Positions 48,683-58,300 of a DNA stretch of 64,000 nt are shown here, one piece after another. The notes under the pieces were generated by a model. That model saw only the letters and a list, made by a program, of their open reading frames with translations, was not told where the DNA came from and made no database searches. The translations under genes and the position numbers were made by a program. Numbering within the stretch: the first letter of the stretch is position 1; the number at the start of each line of letters is the position of its first letter. The DNA comes from an uncultured delta proteobacterium (GTDB lineage Bacteria > Desulfobacterota > Binatia > UBA9968), in assembly GCA_963771465.1 (NCBI GenBank), contig CAVYTU010000013.1, positions 352,001 through 416,000 on the forward strand, written 5' to 3'.

Positions 48683-48987
48683 GATGAAGTCCTCCTTTCG
48701 CCCTTATGGATATGCACTCGTCGTTTCCATGGCACGAGCGATGCCTCCCAAAAGTTAGTGTCAATTTCAAGATCTGTCAATTAACAAAAACCAAGTGAGA
48801 ATGAGACAACCATTTCCTGCGGTCTGACACCGATGCAATGTATTCATTGGATGTCCAACGAGTGGGAGCCGAATGAAGTTCCACTACCATTTTAATCGGC
48901 GATTGTAGGTTAAACGCGATGACCTATCAAAACCCGTCACTGAGGTTATAGGTATCGGCTCGTTGAGTCGAAAATCCGCGAGACACC

Positions 48988-49082
48988 TGGCGGAGAAGGG
49001 AGGGAGTCGAACCCTCCGGGGACCTTACGACCCCCAGACTGGTTTTGAAGACCAGCGGCACCACCGGGCACCTTCCTTCTCC
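48988..49082 (-). tRNA. selC: tRNA-Sec (UCA)
   Basis: 8-bp acceptor stem GGAGAAGG/CCTTCTCC, 6-bp D stem with 4-nt loop, anticodon loop CTTCAAA, long variable arm, 5-bp T stem, G73 and encoded CCA. Confidence 0.95.
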
Positions 49083-49319
49083 TCATGGTGAAGCCGCTAA
49101 CTTAGAATGGCTGAGGGATTTCAGCAAGTGGACTGCTGAAATCGAACGTGAAAGTTCGCTGAGGAAGATCTCAAGCGCACGAAATTCGTCCGGGCGAAAC
49201 CTTACGAGCTGGCTTCGCTCATACACTTGCCTGGATCATCGCTCTCTGTGCGTTTGCTCTCCTTGACCTTGGGCAGCGCCGCGGACACCGTCGTAGGCAA
49301 GCGGCAGCGACGGTGGATT

Positions 49320-49943
49320 TCATCGACCGGCCAACCGCACGGTGCTCGCCTGCGGCCCTTTCTCGCCCATCTCTTCGGCGAAGTGAACTTCATGGCCGAC
49401 TTCCAAATGATCGAATCCCGGCGCCAGCACGCTATTTTTGTGAAAGTAGACCTCGCGCCCGTCGAGAGTCTCGAGAAAACCATAATCCTCGATGGGGAAA
49501 AGTTTGACGATACGTGCGGTGGGTGCGGGCTCGTGGAGTTTGACCTTGCCGCGTCGGCGACGGGCGTGGTCCTGCAGCTTTCTTCCCGCCGCGTTAAACG
49601 CGTCGCGGATGGCGACGTAAAGATCTTCATGTGCCGCATGTTTGCTGGGCTCATGAACCTCGGCGAAATCTTTCTCCGGCTCTTCGCCAACGTTTAACTT
49701 GGTAGCCGCCAATCGTTTTGGCGCCCGGTTGACGACTAATTCAGCGCCGGGAACAGTCAAGTCGATCCGCGTCAGATACGCTTTCCCTTTGTGGTGGTGG
49801 CGATGCGGCGCTTCCACGATGACCCGGCAGCTCATGATCTCAGGATAAAGCTCATCGAGCTTGGCCGCCTTCTCGCGCACGTTGCTTTCGATCGCCGGCG
49901 ACGGCGCCATGTTGCGAAAGGTGATCTGCAAGGGAATTTTCAT
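49320..49943 (-). CDS. HPF/RaiA ribosome-associated domain fused to a cold-shock domain
   Basis: 'PLQITFRNM..S.AIE', 'DLYVAIRDAF', 'YGFLET.DGREVYFHKNSV', 'GEKGPQA'. Confidence 0.9.
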   Translation of the reverse strand: MKIPLQITFRNMAPSPAIESNVREKAAKLDELYPEIMSCRVIVEAPHRHHHKGKAYLTRIDLTVPGAELVVNRAPKRLAATKLNVGEEPEKDFAEVHEPSKHAAHEDLYVAIRDAFNAAGRKLQDHARRRRGKVKLHEPAPTARIVKLFPIEDYGFLETLDGREVYFHKNSVLAPGFDHLEVGHEVHFAEEMGEKGPQASTVRLAGR

Positions 49944-50013
49944 ATTTCACGATCCTCCAGTTTGTATTGTAGTTCGGCCAATCTGCTTTTCTACTCGCGC
50001 GCACAAAAAAAAC

Positions 50014-50029
50014 GGCAAGAGATGTGCCA
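50014..50029 (-). promoter_or_regulatory. sigma54 -24/-12 promoter for the HPF-CSD gene
   Basis: TGGCAC-ATCTC-TTGCC. Confidence 0.7.
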
Positions 50030-50203
50030 GACATACTGATCTCGTGGAAAAAAACGCGGAATTTTCCAAGGAATTGTTCCATCTTAGTGATGTTCACACC
50101 AGATTTTTGGCATACCTGAGAATAAATCTTAGTAAGTTTCTTACCGATGATAATGGGGAGGTTTCGACACTGTTGATGTTTGAGTCGTGGGTTGGAATGA
50201 TTC

Positions 50204-50219
50204 AGGCACAAATATTGCG
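50204..50219 (+). promoter_or_regulatory. sigma54 -24/-12 promoter for ybaK-usp-usp
   Basis: AGGCAC-AAATA-TTGCG (GG-N10-GC). Confidence 0.6.
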
Positions 50220-50262
50220 GCTGTACGGATTCAGGTGCAGCAAATGACGTTTCAGAAAGGAG

Positions 50263-50754
50263 GTGTTTATGGCGATAGTAAAAAGGCTAAAAGATAATCT
50301 CGACGAGGGGAATATCTCCTACGAAGTTTACAATCATGCGCTCGCGTATACGGCGCAAGAGATCGCCGCCAAACAGCATGTCTCGGGCAACGAACTGGCC
50401 AAGGTGGTAATGCTCGAAGCGGACGATCAGCTGATTATGGGCGTCATTCGCGGCAACGACAAGGTCGATTTGCATACGGTTGAGGACAGCCTCGGCGTCC
50501 ACCGCGTTCGGCTGGCGACGGAAGCTGAGTTTATCGCTCGCTTTCCGGAATGCGAGATCGGCGCCATGCCGCCGTTCGGAAATTTATTCGGTGTGAAAGT
50601 ATTTGTCGATCCGGCGCTGGAAAAGGATGAATATATTTTCTTTAACGCGGGTAATCACGTGCAGACGGTGCGACTCAAATACAAAGATTTTGCACGATTG
50701 GCGCAGCCAGCGGTCGTCCGACTGGCCGGCGAGCGGAGCAAATTCGGCGCATAG
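50263..50754 (+). CDS. YbaK/EbsC aminoacyl-tRNA deacylase family protein
   Basis: 'LAKVV', 'LATE.E', 'CEIGAMPPFG', 'FNAGNH'. Confidence 0.9.
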   Translation: MFMAIVKRLKDNLDEGNISYEVYNHALAYTAQEIAAKQHVSGNELAKVVMLEADDQLIMGVIRGNDKVDLHTVEDSLGVHRVRLATEAEFIARFPECEIGAMPPFGNLFGVKVFVDPALEKDEYIFFNAGNHVQTVRLKYKDFARLAQPAVVRLAGERSKFGA

Positions 50755-50771
50755 CGAGAAGGAGATGGATC

Positions 50772-51293
50772 ATGAACTTGGATTTCAAGCGGATACTTTG
50801 CCCGGTGGATATGTCGGAATTTTCGCTCGATGCGTTGCGCTTGGCGGTCAAGTTGGCCGAATGTAGTGATGCCACGCTGGATATATTGCACGTGATTCAC
50901 AACCCCTTTGACGAGTTGTATATGACCGCAATTGCGGAGACTAATCCGGCGCTGCTCGACGCCTACGCTTCAGAACCGCAAAAGCGGGCAAAAATTTTGC
51001 GGGCGACCGAAGAGCACTCGGAGGTATTACTCAAACAGTTCTGCCACGATTGGGTAAAGCATCATTCAAAGTTGCGCTACCACGTGCGCAGCGGCGATCC
51101 TTTCGAACTGATTCTCGACGGCGCCCAGAATTTCCGGACCGATCTGATCGTGTTGGCGACTCATGGCCGCACCGGCATCAAGCGCCTGGTGATCGGCAAC
51201 GTCGCCGAGAAGGTGGTGCGTCACGCGCCGTGCCCGGTGCTGACGGTCAAAGCAAAAGCGCCAAGCGAAGACGCGGCCTCTAAGGAGGAATGA
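50772..51293 (+). CDS. Universal stress protein
   Basis: 'ILCPVDMSEFS', 'DLIVLATHGRTG.....IGNVAEKVVRHAPCPVL'. Confidence 0.93.
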   Translation: MNLDFKRILCPVDMSEFSLDALRLAVKLAECSDATLDILHVIHNPFDELYMTAIAETNPALLDAYASEPQKRAKILRATEEHSEVLLKQFCHDWVKHHSKLRYHVRSGDPFELILDGAQNFRTDLIVLATHGRTGIKRLVIGNVAEKVVRHAPCPVLTVKAKAPSEDAASKEE

Positions 51294-52180
51294 TGGACGA
51301 GTCCAAAGCGTCCGAGAGCGAGGCGTTGATCAGAATCTTGCATCCGTCGGATTTTACCCCGGCGAGTTTCATCGCCTTCGCTCACGCGCTCAAGATCGCC
51401 CTACAATCCAACGCCGAATTGGAAATCGTCCACGTCGAACCGCACACAATCGGCAGCGACAAAGATGTTCACTGGAGTGAGTTCCCTGGCGTGCGCGAGA
51501 CTTTGGCACGTTGGCGTGTATTGCCCACCGATGCGGCGATCGATGAAGTCGCCCAGCTCGGTTTGCGCGTCAAAAAGATTCTCAATGCAGAGCGCGATGC
51601 GCTGGCGGCGATGACCCAATACTGTGAATCACATCCACCGGACTTGCTGGTGCTGGCGACCCACCAACGGGAAGGGTTTGAGCGCTGGCTGCATAAACCG
51701 GTGGCCGAGCCACTGGCGCGCCGCTCGCGTGCGCTGACACTATTCGTGCCGAGCCACGGGCAAGGATTTATCTCTCCGGCCGACGGCACGGTGACACTCA
51801 AGCGCATTCTCATTCCCGTCGATCATATCCCCAATGCGCAAGCGGCGATCGAAGAGACGTTTTTTCTCGCCGCGGGATTGGGCTGCAGTGATGTCGAGTT
51901 CAAATTGCTGCATGTCGGCACGGAGCGCGGCATGCCAACACTGTTCCTGCCGCATCACCCTGGTTTTAAGTGGGATGAGCGCATGCTCAATGGCGACGCG
52001 GTGGAAACGATTCTCCGAGAGACGACAATTTGGCAGCCGGATTTGATCGCGTTGACGACTCAGGGTCACAGGGATTTTCTCGACGCCCTGCGCGGCAGCA
52101 CGACGGAGCGAGTTTTGCGCGGCGCCCATTGCCCGGTATTGGCCGTGCCGGCGGATGAGTCGGCGCGGGCGCAAGCTTGA
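51290..52180 (+). CDS. Tandem-domain universal stress protein
   Basis: 'ILHPSDF', 'ILIPVD', 'GSTTERVLRGAHCPVL'. Confidence 0.9.
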   Translation: MMDESKASESEALIRILHPSDFTPASFIAFAHALKIALQSNAELEIVHVEPHTIGSDKDVHWSEFPGVRETLARWRVLPTDAAIDEVAQLGLRVKKILNAERDALAAMTQYCESHPPDLLVLATHQREGFERWLHKPVAEPLARRSRALTLFVPSHGQGFISPADGTVTLKRILIPVDHIPNAQAAIEETFFLAAGLGCSDVEFKLLHVGTERGMPTLFLPHHPGFKWDERMLNGDAVETILRETTIWQPDLIALTTQGHRDFLDALRGSTTERVLRGAHCPVLAVPADESARAQA

Positions 52181-52311
52181 ACCACGACAGGAATTGAGGC
52201 GCGTTACTTAATCGATTCCAGTCCAATCGACACGACGATGACGGCTTCGATGGTCCCTCAGCGAGTATAATTTTGCCGGTGACTTGAGCGGGCAACCGTT
52301 TGCGACAGGAG

Positions 52312-55300
52312 TCATCGCGGTATCGCCGCCTGGTGCATGAGTAGCAGGCCTTCTGACCCGAGAACTACACGTATAGGGTGCGTTGCGCCGTCATCGACGA
52401 GCGGGATCTGCATGCTGCCGCTAGCCAACGGCACGCCATCGAGTTCAACAGATGACACCCCGCGCATTACCCCCTGTGGGTTCTCGACGACGATTTCATA
52501 ACGCGCCGAGTGATAGCGAAAAGTGATCTCGAAGCTGCGCCATGCATGCGGGATACAAGGATCGAGGTAAAGCCTCGTGCCGCGCAGACGGAAACCTAGT
52601 ATCCACTCGATACCAGCCCGGTACATCCAACCCGCTGATCCGGTGTACCACGTCCAGCCGCCGCGCCCGACGTGCGGCGGTTCGGCATAAATATCGCCGG
52701 CGACGACATAGGGCTCGACTTTGTAGCGATAAACGCCGGCACGGCTGCTCGCATGATTGATCGGGTTCAAGAGCGAGAAAAGTTCGCCGGCCTTGTCGCC
52801 GTCGCCGAGAGCGGCGAAAGCAATGACGGACCAGAGCGCGGCATGAGTATATTGGCCGCCGTTTTCGCGCACCCCGGGCAGGTACCCTTTAATGTAGCCT
52901 GGATCGGGGCTCCCACGGTCGAACGGCGGGCTGAACAGGAGCACGAGTCCCTCGGCACGGCGCACGAGATATTTCTCGACGGCTGCCATGGCTTGCGCTG
53001 CACGAGCCGGCTCAGCGGCACCGGAAATCACGCCCCAGGATTGCGCGATCGAATCGATGCGGCATTCGGCGTTCGCGGCGGAGCCGAGCGGCGTCCCATC
53101 GTCGAAGTAGGCGCGCCGATACCATTCGCCATCCCACGCTTCTCGTTCCACCGCTGCTTTAAGTGCACTGACATGCAGTCGCCAAGTCTCGGCGCGCTGG
53201 TGCTCGCCGCGAGCATCGGCCAGCCGGGCAAATTCCCAAAGCACGGTGTGAAGAAACCAAGCAAGCCAGACACTCTCGCCTTTTCCTGCGGATCCAACCC
53301 GGTTCATCCCATCGTTCCAGTCGCCCGTGCCGATCAGCGGAAGACCATGACTGCCAACGGCCAAACTGCGATCGAGAGCGCGAGCGCAGTGCTCGAACAA
53401 GGTGCCGGTTTGCGCGGAAACCCGGGGCTCGAAATACAAATCTTCCTGCTCCGCCGCGAGCGTGGAACCCTCGAGAAAGGGAACGACCTCATCAAGTAGT
53501 CCAAAATCGTCGGTGACTTCCAAGTATTGAACGACCGCATACGGCAGCCAGACGCGATCATCGGAGACCCGGGTGCGCACGCCGCGGCCCGATGGAGGAT
53601 GCCACCAATGTTGCACATCTCCCTCGACGAATTGACGCGCGGCGGCCCGCAGTAACTGCGCTCGCGCAATGTCTCGTTGCGCCAGCGCGAGCGCCATCAC
53701 GTCTTGAAGCTGATCGCGAAAACCGTACGCGCCGCCCGCTTGATAAAACGCCGAGCGGGACCAGACACGACAGGCCAGCGTCTGATAGAGCAGCCAACGA
53801 TTGAGCATAAAGTTCATGGCCCGATCGGGGGTTTTCACCTGCACAGTACCGAGAATGTCATCCCAGTACTGGGTAACCGCGCGCAGGAGCTCATCAAGGT
53901 CGGTATCGCGGTAACGCGCGATCAATGTTCGAGCTTCTTCCGCGCTCGCCGCCGAGCCGAGGAAAAAGACGATCTCCGCACGGCCCCCGGCGTTCAGTTC
54001 CACCGTCGTCTGCATTGCAGCGCATGGGTCGAGAGCCGCACCGACTTTGCCCGAGAAGCGATCCCCTCGTTCTAGAGATGCCGGATGATCGGGGGCACCG
54101 TGGCGACCCAGAAACTCCGTCCGATCACAAGTCCACGACGTTTGCTGGCCGCGCATATCGGCAAACGCAACACGGCCAGCGAACTCGCTATTCCAAGCGT
54201 TACGCGCGAAGATTGCCCGGGTTTGCTCGTCGACCTCGGTGACAACGAAGGGAGCGGATGCGCTCCGTGAAGCGCCCAGCACCCACTCGACGTACGCGGT
54301 CACCGACACGCGCCGTGATCGGTCAGAGCGATTCTCAATCGTGAGACGGGAGATTTTAATTGGGTCCGCGAGCGGCACGAACTGTAAATGGTCAAGCGCG
54401 AGTCCATGCGACTCGTGCTCGAAGCGGCTGTAGCCCTGGCCATGTCGGGCGGTATAGGGCCAGGCCTCCTCGCGGATCGGCAGCACCGTGGGATTCCACA
54501 ACTCGCCAGTCTCTTCGTCACGCACGTATATCGTCTCGCCGGGCGGGTCGCTGACCGGGTCATTGGACCACGGTGTGAGCTGGTTCTCGCGGCTGTTGAG
54601 CGACCAGGTATAACCCGCGCCTGATTCAGACACCTGAAAGCCGAAGGAAGGATTCGCGACCACGTTGATCCAGGGCGCCGGCGTCCATTGTCCCTCGCCG
54701 AGAATCGTCACGTATTCACGGCCGTCGGCGGTGAAACCGCCCAGGCCATTGAAGAATTCCAGTTCCGGCCGCGCCGGCAAGACATCCACTGCCTTACTCG
54801 CCGGCGGACGCCGTTGGCGCGCAAGCGCAGGCGTTCGGGATCGTTGCTGACGTTCCACTTGCTCGGCCAAGGTGCCGCGGCGGCTCAAGAGCACGGCCCG
54901 GGCGGCAGACTGGAGCAGTGCGCGATCCTCAGCCGAAATGAGATCGCCGCGGAGAATAAAAACATTGCCGAATGAGCCCGGCTCCTCCTGCAGGCGCGAC
55001 TGGCTGGCCCGAACCTGGCTCTCCAAAGCGTCCTGAAGATTTTGCGCGTAGGAGGAGGGCTGTTCGTTCAAGATCACAAGATCGACCGCCAACTGTTTGA
55101 TTCGCCAGTATTCGTGGGCGCGGAGCAACTGACGTACGATACTCTGGTCTTCAGCTTCATCGATGCGCACGAGCACGACGGGCAGGTCGCCGGAAATTCC
55201 GTGGCGCCAAAGTCCCGACGGCCCGCGCTTATTACCCATGAGCACCGCAGAGGACGGTCGCAGCGTCGCGTCCGAGTACAAGATGAGGCCGGCTAATTCT

Positions 55301-58300
55301 TGGAAAAGGTAGGCCTCATCGGCGTCGATCCCGAGATGACGCAACTGGACCTGGGCCTGCGTCCACGCCAAGGTCGCGGCGCGCTCAAAGGTTGCTGGAT
55401 TATTGTATTCGTCCGCCAGGGCGAGAGCCTCATCGCGCGATGACGCGATGAGTGTCGAGAACGTAACCCGAGCGGTGGCTCCCGGCGCAAGCCGTACACA
55501 GCGCCTGAGACTGGTGATCGGGTCGAGCACCGCGCCGACCGTGTTGGAGAGCGGGTGGCCGTCGATGACCGACATGGGCGTGCGGATGCCGCGACCGCGG
55601 CCGAGAAACCGGCTGCGATCGGTCTCATATTCCAACTCGCCGACGGTTACTCCTTCGGCGACAACCACGTGCACCGCCCAGAACTGGGGCTCGCCGTGGG
55701 TTCGTGGCCGGCGCGTCGCGAGCAGTGCGCCGAGCTCGGCAACGTATTCCGTCTGCACGAACAGATTGGAAAAAGCCGGATGAGCCGCATCCGCTGCCGG
55801 GGTTGCTAGAACGATCTCGGCGTACGATGTCAGCTCAACTTCTCGGCTTGGCGCGCCGAGATTCGTGATCGACAGCCGGCGTACTTCCGCGTCGTGCTCC
55901 GGCGAAACCACGATTTCAAGGTTGGTCACGATCGCGCCATCGCGCCTGCGGATCTCTGCGCGATCTTCGGAAAAAGCGACTTCATAGGTGTCCGGTTCGA
56001 CGCCGCTTGGCTGGTATCCAGCCGACCAGACCTGGCTGGTGGATCTGTCGCGCAGAAAAAAATACGTCCCCCAGCTGTCGCGCGTCCGGTCCTCGCGCCA
56101 GCGTGTAACCGCAAGGTCGCGCCAGTGGCTGTAACCGGAGCCCGCGGTGGTGACCATCACCGAATATCGTCCGTTGGAGAGGAGATGAACGCAGGGAGTC
56201 GCGTCGTGCGGCGAGTCGAAGTGACGAAGCACCGGTGGAACGAGATCGCGGACGTTGGCGACGGCACGCACCTCGTCAACCCTGGGCCGGGTGACCAAGA
56301 CGTCGCGTGGAGTGCGTTCCTGCAGCAACAACTCGGTGGCTTGCATGCGCGGCTCGGCGTGAAAGCGCGTGCGCATCACCCCGTCGTGGAGGACGTTTGC
56401 GAGCGCCACGAGCGACATCCCTTGATGATGCGCCATGTAGGCGCGCACGACGGCCACGCGTTGGTCTTCCGGGACTCGTTCGGCCGTGTAATCGAGCGCT
56501 TCATAAAAGCCATATGGGCCGCTCGCGCCGGCCTGGGCGAGATCTATGAAATTCTGAACGGCCGCCTCGGCGTCAATCATCGCGGCCAGCGCCGTCGCAT
56601 AAGGCGCGACTACCACGTCTTCGCTAAGCCCCCGTTTGAGCCCCAGCCCGGGCACGCCAAAATTTGAGTACTGGTAGGTCAGCTCAATATCGCGCGCGTT
56701 ATAGGCCGATTCTGAAACGCCCCACGGAACGCCGCGTTCGGTTCCATATTTTCGCTGACGGCGAACGATGAGAGAACAAGTCTGACCTAACAGACTGCCC
56801 GACGGCGAGCGCATGACGAGCACGGGCATGAGGTACTCGAACATCGACCCGGACCAGGAGACCAGCGCAGACCCCGTATCGACTGGCGTCAAAGCGCGAC
56901 CGAGGTGAAACCAATGGCTTGCCGGAACGTCCCCCTTCGCAATGGCAATAAAGCTTGTGAGCCGCGCCTCGGACGCCAGCAGATCGTAACAACTTGGGTC
57001 GAGGCTGTTATCGGCAACGCGGTAGCCGATCGAGAATAGCTTGCGGGTGGGGTCGAAGAGAAAGCCGAAATCCATCGTGTCGAACATCGTTTTCGTGTGC
57101 GCTACGAGCGTTGAAAGGCGGCGGCCCAGCGCTTCACAGGCTGTGGCAGAACGTGTGAGACCCTCTATGAGCGCATCGATTTCGCCAAGAGCATCGCTCT
57201 TCGCAGCGCTGTCCTTTGCCGCCCGTTCGCGGAGCGTCGTGAGTTCGCGTCTGGCGGTTTCGCAGCGGTCCGGCGCATCGGCCAGGGTCGGGACCGAGAG
57301 AAAAACGCGCACCATCGTTGTCGAAACCAAATCTTCTTCGGGCTTGCGATTTAGGGGAGCCTTGCCAAAGACAAGGCGCGCCCAGGGCATTACCGCGTCG
57401 AGATCGCGCCCATGACTTTCGATGGCCGCTCGCACAGCCTCGGCCCAGGCGAGCAACTCCCCCTCCGCGCTGTCGCCCCGTTCCGCAGTCAGCGTGCGCG
57501 CAATATCTGACATCGTCTGAGCGCGCGCCTCGAGCTCAGTAAGGCGCACGAGCCAATCAGCTGGAGTCATAGCGGCCGGACTCAGAGCGGCGCTCAAGGC
57601 ATCGATTGCTTCATCCAACTGTTTCCGCGTGACCGTTTGGGTGCGCCGGTCGTCGACGACCGCACGTACCGCTTGACGGAGAAGCAGGATGGCATCGGCG
57701 ATTCCAGCGAGTGTATGCGGGCCGAGCAGCGGGCGGTCGATGATCTCTTGGCACGCCTGTCCAAATGCGATGAGGTGGCCGGCGAGGTTTCCACTATCGA
57801 CCGAGGATATGTATTTAGGATCAAGCGGACGGAGGTCACGCGTATCATACCAGTTATAGAAGTGACCGCGAAAACGATCGAGGCTGTTCATGGTGCCGAG
57901 CGTCGATTCGAGCCGCTCAAGTGCGCTCACCGTGCCGATCCAGCCGAAATCGCGCGCCGCGATGATGGAGAGCAGATATAGCCCTATGTTGGTCGGTGAG
58001 GTGCGATGGGCCACGACCGGTGTCGGCGTTTCCTGAAAATTGTCGGGAGGAAGCGCGTGGTCTTCCGGGCCGACAAAGGTTTCGAAGAACCGCCAAGTGC
58101 GCCGCGCGGTTAAGCGCAGCATACGAACGTCGTCCGCCGAGAGAGGCTGAGCCGCAGCCGCGCGCGGTGGCAGGCTGATCCAATAAGCCACCATCGGCGA
58201 TAGAGCCCAGAGAATAGCGAACAGCACCGCAATCCACCGGACTTCCGGCGGCTGGGACGCAACAAGGATCGCTACCGCGGCAGCGATGACTACCGTGCCG

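Larger units (their letters stand above)
45325..48987. mobile_element. Integrase-less genomic islet at selC (~3.7 kb)
   Basis: Bounded by tRNA-Sec and its 3'-end duplicate; contains three co-oriented genes. Confidence 0.75.
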
